Shown piece after piece: positions 1 through 7,916 of a stretch of 16,248 nt of DNA. Source of the DNA: Candidatus Bipolaricaulia bacterium (GTDB lineage Bacteria > Bipolaricaulota > Bipolaricaulia > JBHIAT01); assembly GCA_046758705.1 (NCBI GenBank), contig JBHIAT010000076.1, forward strand, positions 1-16,248. Reading direction: 5' to 3'. A program made the position numbers and the translations under genes. A model generated the notes under the pieces. The model was given only the letters and a program-made list of their open reading frames with translations. It did not search any database and was not told the DNA's origin. Within the stretch, counting starts at the first letter, position 1; every line of letters begins with the position of its first letter.

Positions 1-303
1 CGCTGTCGAACCGGCGATTCTGATTTTTGCTATCTAGAATGAGCGAACGGTAAGAAGTGGATTGAAGCAGACCTAAAGCGTCTTAAGCTGTTAAAATAAA
101 TCACGTTGAGGGTACTCAGCTAGAAAGTGATTTCCTAACAGCTCTTGGATTTTTTAACACCCATATCATCCCCCTGCAACGGTGTGTTACTTAACCTCAA
201 ACCCAGCCCAAACCTGACGATTAGTTCCTGCAGAGTAAATTCGTGCCTCTAAGATTCCTGAGCCCATGTGCCCAAGAAGTGAATGATCGTTTCGATACCG
301 CTC
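1..303. mobile_element. Possible IS/MITE-like insertion (AT-richer, no long ORF of its own) truncating the M20 gene
   Basis: M20 homology stops at 301-306. The minus strand reads TTA|GAGCGGTATCGAAACGATCATT, a TTA target-like triplet followed by a GAG-starting end as in some IS5-family elements. Window start CGCTGTCGAACC matches the inverted end CGGTATCGAAAC at 9/12. No transposase is visible. Confidence 0.35.
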
Positions 304-1209
304 TAATGTAGGGCGAACACCGAGCCGCTCGACAACGGAATATCCTACCTCTCCCCACATCTGTGGAACCCCTATCTCCTGGCGGTATTGGGCCTCGTCG
401 AAGGGCAGGCGGGCAAGCTCGGTGCGCTCTTCTGCACTCAGGGGACGCACGTGGTCGTAGAAGCCAGGGATCGTCACACGGCCCTGCTCATCATGAAGTT
501 TAGCGATCATCTCACAGAGAGCTTGCAACGGATTATGCACCGCGCCTCCGTGCAGGCCGGAGTGAAGATCGTGCTTGGGGCCTCGAACCTCGACCTCCAT
601 ATAAACGAGACCGCGCAGGCCATAGATGATCGCCGGTTGATTTGGGCTGATCATTTGAGAATCGGAGATCAGGGCGACGTCTGCGTTAAGGAGGTCACGA
701 TGATCGGCTACGAACGCCTCTAAGTGGGCGCTGCCGATCTCCTCCTCCCCGTCAATGAGAAATTTCACATTGACGGGGAGTTCGCCGATGGTTTTTAGAT
801 AGGCCTCGGCCGCAGCCAAGTGGGCGAAGAATTGACCTTTGTCATCGGAGCTCCCGCGTGCGTAGATGTAGTCATCCTTGATCTCAGGCTCGAAGGGTTT
901 TGTCTGCCACTCCTCCAGCGGATCGACCGGCTGGACATCGTAATGGCCATAGACGAGCACGGTAGGTCGACCAGGTGCTGCTAACCACTCGCCGTAGATG
1001 ACCGGATGACCCTCGGTTTCTAAGACCTCTGCCCGCTGAAACCCAATTGTCCGCATGTAAGCCGCGATCCACTCGGCCGCCCGGCGGACCTCGTTTCGAT
1101 GCTCTGGAAGGGTGCTGATGCTCTCGATGCTCAGAAGCTCGATAAGCTTGTTTAGATACTGCTCCCGCTGTCCGTTCGCATAGTCTAAAGCCTGTTGGGT
1201 ATAAGCCAA
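187..1209 (-). pseudogene. C-terminally truncated M20 family dipeptidase/amidohydrolase
   Basis: Motifs YGHYDVQPV, RGSSDDKG, DGEEEIGS, DLHSG. Probable TTG start at 1209 with GAGGTG RBS 6 nt upstream. After RPTLE (codon 301-303) the frame runs into unrelated sequence and lacks the C-terminal third, including the last His ligand (HAPDE in the neighbouring paralog). Confidence 0.85.
282..307 (+). repeat. Imperfect direct repeat, copy A (AATGATCGTTTCGATACCGCTCTAAT); copy B at 15221-15247
   Basis: Direct comparison: AATGATCG(T/C)TTCGATAC(CG/TCT)CTCTAAT. Confidence 0.7.
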
Positions 1210-1225
1210 AACGATCACCTCACTG

Positions 1226-2587
1226 CTATAGGTCGGCAAAACCGTCAAGGATGCGGGCAATGTGTCGGGCGGCATTATGGAAATCTTTGATACGCATATG
1301 CTCGTCTGGCGCGTGGGTGCGATTGTCCCAGTAGCCCACCCCGGCGGTCACCACCGGGATGCCACCGAGTGGGTTGGCAAAAGCATAAGCTGGACTGCTG
1401 CCACCCGACAGCGGAGCGATGAGACTCGGATGGCCGTACACCTCCTCGCCGGTCCGAGCGGTCAGTTTGACCAGCGGGGCATCGCCGTCCGTCTTGGCTG
1501 GCCACATGGCGGCCAATCGCGTTACTTTTACGTCGGTGAAACCCTGGGCATCCAGGTGGGCGCGCAGTTTAGCGAGAATGTCATCCGGATCCTGGTTCGG
1601 CACCAGACGGAAATCCACCTTGGCCGTGGCCTTCGCCGGGATCACCGTCTTCATACCTTCGCCTTGGTAGCCAGCCATAAGCCCGGCAATGTTGCAGGTC
1701 GGTTCAAACACCGCTCGATTGAGGTCCTTATCGGTGAGACCACGCACAAACTCTTTCACTCCATAGGTTTCACGCAGCAACTTCTCATGCACAGGCAGCG
1801 CATCTAACAATTTCAGATCAACCTCTGATGGCGGTTTAGCGTGATCGTAAAAGCCGGAGATACGCACCCGTTCGTCAGGACCTTTCAAGCTATCCAGTGC
1901 CCAATGCAACCGCCAGGCCGCATTGGGCAACAAATGCGCGCCGCCAGAATGGGCATCCCTGCTCATCGCTTCGACGGAAAGTTCGATGTACAGGACGCCA
2001 CGGTAGCCCAGGTTTATATGGAGTTGACCATCGGGGTCGATGCCGCCCTCCTCCCAGATCGCCCCGTGGCAATTGAGGAGATCCTGATGCTCCTGGACGA
2101 ACTGGGCGATGTGAGGGCTGCCGATCTCTTCCTCGCCCTCGATCACGAAGGTCACCCCACAGGGCAGGGTTCCGCCGTGGGCGGCGTCTACGGCGTCTAC
2201 GACAGCCAGGCGAGCGATGATCTCACCCTTGTCATCCTTCGCCCCGCGGGCGTACAGGGCCCCATCCCGGATGGTCGGCTCAAACGGCGGGGAAGTCCAG
2301 AGTTCGAGCGGCTCCGGGGGTTGTACGTCGTAGTGGTTGTAGAAGAGCAGAGTACGTTCCGACTGCCCGTTGGCGTGTGCTACGATGATCGGGTTGCCGG
2401 ATGTCGCGAGCTTCTGGACGCGGAAGTCCCGCTGCTCCAGCAGTCCCATCACCAGGTCGGCGCATTCCTCCATGCCCTCTCCCTGCGTTGAGACGCTGGG
2501 TCGGGCGCAGAGCCGCTTCGTCTCTTCGATGTAGTCGTCGAGATTTTTCTCTAGAAACGTATCGATTCGCTGATCAATGTTTGTCAT
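1226..2587 (-). CDS. M20/M25/M40 family metallo-dipeptidase/amidohydrolase (453 aa)
   Basis: Complete motif set YNHYDVQPP, RGAKDDKG, EGEEEIGS, KTVIPAKA, HAPDEH. ATG overlaps the GH stop (ATGA at 2584-2587). Confidence 0.93.
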   Translation of the reverse strand: MTNIDQRIDTFLEKNLDDYIEETKRLCARPSVSTQGEGMEECADLVMGLLEQRDFRVQKLATSGNPIIVAHANGQSERTLLFYNHYDVQPPEPLELWTSPPFEPTIRDGALYARGAKDDKGEIIARLAVVDAVDAAHGGTLPCGVTFVIEGEEEIGSPHIAQFVQEHQDLLNCHGAIWEEGGIDPDGQLHINLGYRGVLYIELSVEAMSRDAHSGGAHLLPNAAWRLHWALDSLKGPDERVRISGFYDHAKPPSEVDLKLLDALPVHEKLLRETYGVKEFVRGLTDKDLNRAVFEPTCNIAGLMAGYQGEGMKTVIPAKATAKVDFRLVPNQDPDDILAKLRAHLDAQGFTDVKVTRLAAMWPAKTDGDAPLVKLTARTGEEVYGHPSLIAPLSGGSSPAYAFANPLGGIPVVTAGVGYWDNRTHAPDEHMRIKDFHNAARHIARILDGFADL

Positions 2588-3864
2588 CCTCCCCAGGGAA
2601 CATTGGACGGACGCACAGTGTTGCGACCCCAGTACTGCGTGATCACGTCCATCAGGTCGCTCGAAGCAACGTCAGCGCGGTTGTTGGGATCGGGACCGAG
2701 ACGAAAGTCGAAGTCATGGACTTCCTCGGCGAATGGCGGCCATGACGTTTGCCACTCCCACAGCGCATAATTTAGGCCCCGTTGTTCGAATAGGCCCATC
2801 AGATCGTTCATGTACTCAGCCCCGCCAGGCACCCAACGGATGACGCCAAACTCATTTACCGCGACCGGCACGCCATGCGTTACTGTAAAGGTATCGACCG
2901 TTGAGAGCAGGTTATTCAACCAGGTCCGGTTGAATCGATCGTTAACGCCGTCCCAGTCTGTATCGAACACGTCTGGGTAAGTAAATTCTATTTCCTCCCA
3001 CCATTGATGCGTGTATCGAAACGGCTCGTACTGATGTGCCATGTAGACAGTGTGGGGGTCCCCTGTCGGCTGCAGGTAGGGCAACCACGCGACGGCGCTG
3101 TAGGCCATCCCACCGATTAGAATCGGCGTGTCGAAATCCACCTCGCGGATAGCAGTGGTGATGCGTGGGTAAAGCTGGTTCCAATCGTACAAAGTACCCC
3201 CGTAGTTTGAGTAAAACTCTTCCGGTTCCCAGATGTCCAGCCGATCGTTGAGGACGTCGCTGCCTACGTCGTTGGAATTCGGCTCGACCATCAGGTCGTA
3301 GCCGACAACAATCGGGTTGTTACGGTAGCGTTCCGCTGTGTACCGCCACATTGCTACCCAGGCATCCTGCGCTACCTGATCTTGCCACACGGAATCATTG
3401 AAATAACCATCGAAATATGGATCGCCCTCACAGCACAGACCGAACTCACTGCGGCCTGGCCCGGTGCGGAACGAGATCACGGCGAACATGTCGGCCTTGG
3501 CAATCATACTAAGCAAGTTGTCCAGGTTGTCCTGGATGTCCTGATCCAAGGTGTAAGGCGGCGTTTCAGTGAACAGGCCGGGATGGGAGATATTGACGTA
3601 GTTGGTGCCCAGCACCGCCAGGCGGTTGAAGTCCTCCTGGGTGTAAGGTGGCCCGACGGGGCCGGGTCCCTTGAAGTCTGGCCCATCCAGCTCGGGAATG
3701 ACGACGGCCTGCCAGATGTTCGCGCCACGCAGGTAGGTGGTACCGCTTGCCCATAGGTCCCACTTGTCAGCCACGGTCTCCGCCTGTGCCCCAACCGTCA
3801 ACCATCCCACCAGGAATAGCACTCCTGCTAGGCTGAGGCTAAGCCATCTCATAGTCTTGCTCAT
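2584..3864 (-). CDS. Secreted glycoside hydrolase family 5 (cellulase-family) protein, 426 aa
   Basis: GH5-like motifs LRGANIW, VVGYDLMVEP (acid/base), HQYEPFRYTHQ, VNEFG (nucleophile), YALWEW. Start ATG 3864 with AAGGAGGG RBS. Sec signal peptide ends in AQA. Confidence 0.85.
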   Translation of the reverse strand: MSKTMRWLSLSLAGVLFLVGWLTVGAQAETVADKWDLWASGTTYLRGANIWQAVVIPELDGPDFKGPGPVGPPYTQEDFNRLAVLGTNYVNISHPGLFTETPPYTLDQDIQDNLDNLLSMIAKADMFAVISFRTGPGRSEFGLCCEGDPYFDGYFNDSVWQDQVAQDAWVAMWRYTAERYRNNPIVVGYDLMVEPNSNDVGSDVLNDRLDIWEPEEFYSNYGGTLYDWNQLYPRITTAIREVDFDTPILIGGMAYSAVAWLPYLQPTGDPHTVYMAHQYEPFRYTHQWWEEIEFTYPDVFDTDWDGVNDRFNRTWLNNLLSTVDTFTVTHGVPVAVNEFGVIRWVPGGAEYMNDLMGLFEQRGLNYALWEWQTSWPPFAEEVHDFDFRLGPDPNNRADVASSDLMDVITQYWGRNTVRPSNVPWGG

Positions 3865-4874
3865 TGAAGAACCCTCCTTTTTATAGTAGTTCTGTGGTAT
3901 CTTTACCCTGTCGTTCATCACCTCCCCAAGGTTTGTAATATGTTCATAGGACCGTACAAGTTGACGATCCGCTCAAACTCCTCCTCGTCGTAGAAGCGGC
4001 AGGAGCCTCGTCCAAACTCCTTGGCCACTTCCAGGCAAAACCGCGCAGTTGACTCCAATTCTAACGGGTAATTGGCTCCGGTCGCAACTCCCGGTATCAC
4101 CTGGCCGGAGGTGGGCGGCCACTCCGACGACAGGACTGTTCGTCACGGTAGCCGGCTGTAGGATGCTGTTGATATGATATAAACCGTTCCCATAGGGCGT
4201 GATATCCTGCATCGTGATCGGGAAGGTGACCGGTGGCCTGCCGAGCAGATCTTCATAATGCGCAACAGATCCCCGCTCACCCTCAAGATGTAGCCCTCCT
4301 TGACCGTAGGCGAGATGGCGAAGCCGTTGACATTAATAATCTCATTGCCTTTGGTGGCATCGACGCTTAGAACCGCATCCATTTGGGGATCGACCGCGAA
4401 AGGCAGCATTGCTGCTATGTCCACGGGGGATCCCATAAACGGCACGGGATCATGCGGAACGGTCGGTGCATCGGGGCATATATGAGTTGCGATGATCACA
4501 TCCCCGTTTAAGGCCTCTCCCTTCTTCATCATATCGACGAGCTTCAATCCACAAGCGATAGCGACGATCGCCCCATCGGCGTCGGAGACCGCTCCTATCT
4601 GATCCGGCCGGGCTCCGACCCCGCCCAGCCAGCCCATCAGGCCGAGCGTGGAGGCGTTCCCTCCGCTAAGCTTCCCTTCAGAACCTGCTATGACCAGTTT
4701 GATCAAATCGGTGGAGCCCCGATCCCCTTTGAGGGTCTCCAATTCGACCTGGATCCCTTTATTTTGTCCTTGGTTTTGATCGAACGCCGCTGTGACCTTC
4801 ACCCCCGACGCCTGGGGATTATCAATCAGCTCAAACGCTTGTATAATCTCCTTTAAGAGCATGTTACTAATTTT
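3772..4874 (-). repeat. ~1.1-kb imperfect direct repeat, copy 2 (DUF1177 + intergenic RBS + signal-peptide codons)
   Basis: Colinear with 14098-15189. Indels are a 12-nt in-frame insertion, a -1 and a +1 in the CDS, and a -1 in the intergenic T run. Confidence 0.95.
3918..4862 (-). pseudogene. DUF1177 family protein, second copy with two frameshifts
   Basis: ORF pieces 4143-4886, 3973-4212 and 3918-4100 together match the intact 14245-15177 protein. One C is missing between 4247 and 4248 and one extra G lies at 4117/4118. The shifted frame meets TGA at 4143-4145. Confidence 0.88.
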
Positions 4875-4894
4875 GGCTCTCTGCAAATGATTCT

Positions 4895-5212
4895 TTAGTC
4901 TGGCAGTATTTCAACAACATTTACAAGCCCAACAACGGACGGCGCTACAGCCGTCATTTTTTGCTTGTAGCTCCTAATCTTATCGTCGTTCTTGTAGCGG
5001 TTGCTATGGCTGTAGTCTCGCTGGGTCATGCACCAGTACATGCACCAGCACCCGCCATCTGCACCGGCTTTTCCGAACAATGTGGTGAGATCATCCCAAC
5101 GATCAGGAGTGAGTGGGTGGATCTCGACTGTGGTATCGAAGGCGTTGGAAAAGTCCTGGTTGCTTTGATTCGTACTCATACCTCTCTTATTTTTGCTCTT
5201 TTGGTTATCCAT
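4895..5212 (-). pseudogene. N-terminal fragment of a GNAT-family acetyltransferase
   Basis: EIHPLTPDRWDDLTTLFG...GGCWCMYW resembles the N-terminus of a common GNAT subfamily. Similarity is lost at about 4990 and no acetyl-CoA binding motif follows. Confidence 0.7.
4938..4962 (+). terminator. Intrinsic terminator-like hairpin oriented opposite to the operon
   Basis: GACGGC-gctaca-GCCGTC followed by ATTTTTT. An outer TACAAGC/GCTTGTA pairing (4922-4928/4963-4969) extends it. Confidence 0.5.
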
Positions 5213-5257
5213 TTGGGGGCTTGGGCTTCTTCTGTGTGTTAAAGACGTGAAATTCAG

Positions 5258-6208
5258 CTATAACAACAACCGGTCTCCGACGTCCTCCTGTAGAGCTCGC
5301 TCATATACTTTGGCAGCTACAGCGACATCCTCCAGAGCCACCCCCAGGGATTTGAACAGCGTGATCTCGTCCTGGCTCTTTCGTCCCAGCCCTCCGATGA
5401 CGACCTCCCCGAGCTCATGAATTTGATCCCAGCCCAGCGTTCCTTTCTGGATAGGAGCCAGAAAATCTCCGGCCTCGATCTTGGCTTGCTCCTTGGAATC
5501 CACGACGATCAGCCTGCTACGCTGGAGGGCCGTCTCGTCCAGCTCGCGGCGGATCAGGGCGTTCGAGCCAGCGGCATTGATATGTGCTCCTGCCTTCAAC
5601 CAGTTCCCCTTTAAGACCGGTGATGTAGCCGTTGTCATCGTGATGGCAATGTCTACACCCTGCACGGCGTCTTCTAGGGTATTTACCGGCGTGACCGGGG
5701 TTTCTAATGTGTCTGTCATCCACGTACAGAACGCTTCCCGGCGCTCCCGATTGCGACTGTAGGCATTAATCTGCTCGATGGAGCGTACTTTACAAACGGC
5801 CATGAGCTGAGCATCCGCCTGGAAGCCGGTGCCGATGATCCCGACGGTGCGCGCATCAGAGCGTGCCAGATACTTCGTGGCCACCCCGCTGGCAGCGCCG
5901 GTGCGTAGCCGGCCCAGATGATTCGCTTCTATAATTGCTAACAGCTCCCCCGCCTCAGCGCTATAGAGCAGAAAATGCCAGGCCACCCCGCCGCCGAAGA
6001 CCGAGTAAGCTTTGAATCCCAGAACACCCATCGAGGGGATCCCGGCCGCCATCACGTTCAACTGGCCCGTGGGCAGCAGCACGCGGATGCGGGGGTTATT
6101 GGCGGCCATCCCCAAGCCCTGCTGGCGGAACGCCTCTTCCACCGCCTCTAAAGCCAGCTCCATGCTGAGCAATCGCTGAACGTCCGCTTCCCGCAAGAAC
6201 AAGGCCAT
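5258..6208 (-). CDS. Ornithine cyclodeaminase / mu-crystallin family protein (316 aa)
   Basis: RLRTGAASG, Rossmann motif GIIGTGFQA, HINAAGS, C-terminal TLFKSLGVALEDVA. Confidence 0.92.
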   Translation of the reverse strand: MALFLREADVQRLLSMELALEAVEEAFRQQGLGMAANNPRIRVLLPTGQLNVMAAGIPSMGVLGFKAYSVFGGGVAWHFLLYSAEAGELLAIIEANHLGRLRTGAASGVATKYLARSDARTVGIIGTGFQADAQLMAVCKVRSIEQINAYSRNRERREAFCTWMTDTLETPVTPVNTLEDAVQGVDIAITMTTATSPVLKGNWLKAGAHINAAGSNALIRRELDETALQRSRLIVVDSKEQAKIEAGDFLAPIQKGTLGWDQIHELGEVVIGGLGRKSQDEITLFKSLGVALEDVAVAAKVYERALQEDVGDRLLL

Positions 6209-6225
6209 TTCACTATTTTTTTATG

Positions 6226-7908
6226 TCACTCTGCGCGAAAACCGTACTCCTTCTGGGCCTGCTCGGGTGTGATATAGCCGTTTCTTAAGTCTTCCAGGAT
6301 TTTTTCTTGCTCACGTTCATGAGGATCGCCGTGGCCTCCACCGGTGGCCGTCACCAACCGTGCGACATCCCCCCTTTCTAAACGGTAGCGTGCACACTTA
6401 CCGAAGACGACCTCACGTCCATCTTTGTGGAGAATTTTGACGTGGTTGTGTGAACCAGCTCGGCCCCCCGCCATGCCCCACGGGGGAAACTTATGTCGCC
6501 CAAACGTCGCTGTCAGAAAAGCTTCCTCACTAGTGATTCGATAGTCGCGAATCAGCCCTCGACCCCCCCGGTGTTTCCCAGCGCCGCCATCCTCTATAGC
6601 AAACGCATATTGATCGACGAGAACGCCATAGCGTGTCTCAGCGACTTCAGCAGGGGTCACGTAGGTCTCACCATCACCGACGCAAACAAGCCCATTCTCG
6701 CCATCCTTCGTGGCTCCACCCCCCCAACCCCCTGCCTGGGGTTCCACGAGTATGAACAGCTCGTCCGTATCCGGATGAATTCCAGACAGGATCGTCCCAC
6801 ATACCGACAGGAAATGTCCGGCAGTCAAGCGCTCCGGGATGTGTGGCGCTAAAGCTTTCCATATCAGATCCGTGGAGTAGAGGCGGGTTTCCCAGTTGGT
6901 CGAGACCGGAGCCGGACGCTGCGCGGAGAAGATCGCCCCCGGCGGACAGATGATCTTCAACGGCCGAAACGCACCTTGATTGGTTGGGATCGATGGATCC
7001 GTGATTGCCCGGAAGATTGCCCGTACGCCGGAGGTCAGGCCGGTGAAGGTACAGTTCACCGGGCCCGGCACTTGGGGGTGTGAGCCGGTAAAATCACAGA
7101 TGAATTCGTCATCGGTGATGGTTATCCTCACGCGCACGGGGAACGGGCCATGGCCGATCCCATCATCGTCAATGAAGTCTTCAGCTTCAAAAACGCCCTT
7201 AGGCAACTGCTTCAACTCCATGCGTACCAGCTGCTCTGTCTCATCTAAGCGCCTTTCGATGCTATGTAAGACGGCGTCTTTCCCGTACTTGGTAACCAGC
7301 TCCAGAAATCTTTTTTCCCCGACACGAACGGCAGCAATGCCAGCCCACATGTCTCCTAAGGTCATATCCGGGAGTCGCACGTTGACTGCGATCAAATCGA
7401 TGAGATCCTGAACAGGTTCTCCGCCCCTAAAGAGTCGAACACAGGGGAATTGGAGTCCTTCTTGATAGATCTCGGTGGAGTCGGTGGTCCAGCTGCCGGG
7501 GGCTTTGCCCCCGACCTCTGTCCAATGGGCTTTGTTGACCACATAGGCCACGAGTTTATTCTCGTGGAAGATGGGCATGGTCAGTGACACATCGGACAGA
7601 TGGGTCCCACCGCCGCCATAAGGGTCATTGGTGATGAAGATATCGCCGGGTCGAACCTGCCCGTGCTTCGCGAATTTCTCGATCACTTCGTGAACGGCGG
7701 CCGTGAGTGTGCCCAGGAAGCCGGTGACCCCGTTCCCTTGGGTGATCAACTGTCCGTTTGCATCGGTGAGCCCTACGGCGAAATCCAGCACCTCGTAAAT
7801 GATGGTGCTCTTGCTGGTCCGTTGCAGCGTGACGAACATCTCATCGCTGATCTCAACGAGCGAGCTCTTCACAATCTCGACTGTGAATGGATCGATAGCC
7901 ACTCTCAT
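6226..7908 (-). CDS. Hydantoinase B / oxoprolinase family protein (560 aa)
   Basis: DPFTVEIV, NDPYGGGGTHLSD, AHWTEVGGKAPGS, EIYQEGL, GGAGKHRGGRG, TGGGHGDP. Confidence 0.93.
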   Translation of the reverse strand: MRVAIDPFTVEIVKSSLVEISDEMFVTLQRTSKSTIIYEVLDFAVGLTDANGQLITQGNGVTGFLGTLTAAVHEVIEKFAKHGQVRPGDIFITNDPYGGGGTHLSDVSLTMPIFHENKLVAYVVNKAHWTEVGGKAPGSWTTDSTEIYQEGLQFPCVRLFRGGEPVQDLIDLIAVNVRLPDMTLGDMWAGIAAVRVGEKRFLELVTKYGKDAVLHSIERRLDETEQLVRMELKQLPKGVFEAEDFIDDDGIGHGPFPVRVRITITDDEFICDFTGSHPQVPGPVNCTFTGLTSGVRAIFRAITDPSIPTNQGAFRPLKIICPPGAIFSAQRPAPVSTNWETRLYSTDLIWKALAPHIPERLTAGHFLSVCGTILSGIHPDTDELFILVEPQAGGWGGGATKDGENGLVCVGDGETYVTPAEVAETRYGVLVDQYAFAIEDGGAGKHRGGRGLIRDYRITSEEAFLTATFGRHKFPPWGMAGGRAGSHNHVKILHKDGREVVFGKCARYRLERGDVARLVTATGGGHGDPHEREQEKILEDLRNGYITPEQAQKEYGFRAE

Positions 7909-7916
7909 GTGAAAAC

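Noticed and set aside
43-99. Possible C-terminal gene remnant on + (ANGKKWIEADLKRLKLLK*)
   Set aside because: It is preceded by an in-frame stop and is too short to assign.
3865-3921. Longer GH5 start at GTG 3921, and similar N-terminal extensions of dppB, dppC, dppD and the truncated M20
   Set aside because: RBS position, stop/start overlaps and the paralogous intergenic region (out of frame in copy 1) favour the shorter starts.
4927-4990. GCCCAAC...GCGCTACAGCCG resembles the left half of an integron attC site (RYYYAAC)
   Set aside because: There is no matching GTTRRRY or complementary right arm, no integrase and no second attC, and the neighbouring genes face the wrong way.
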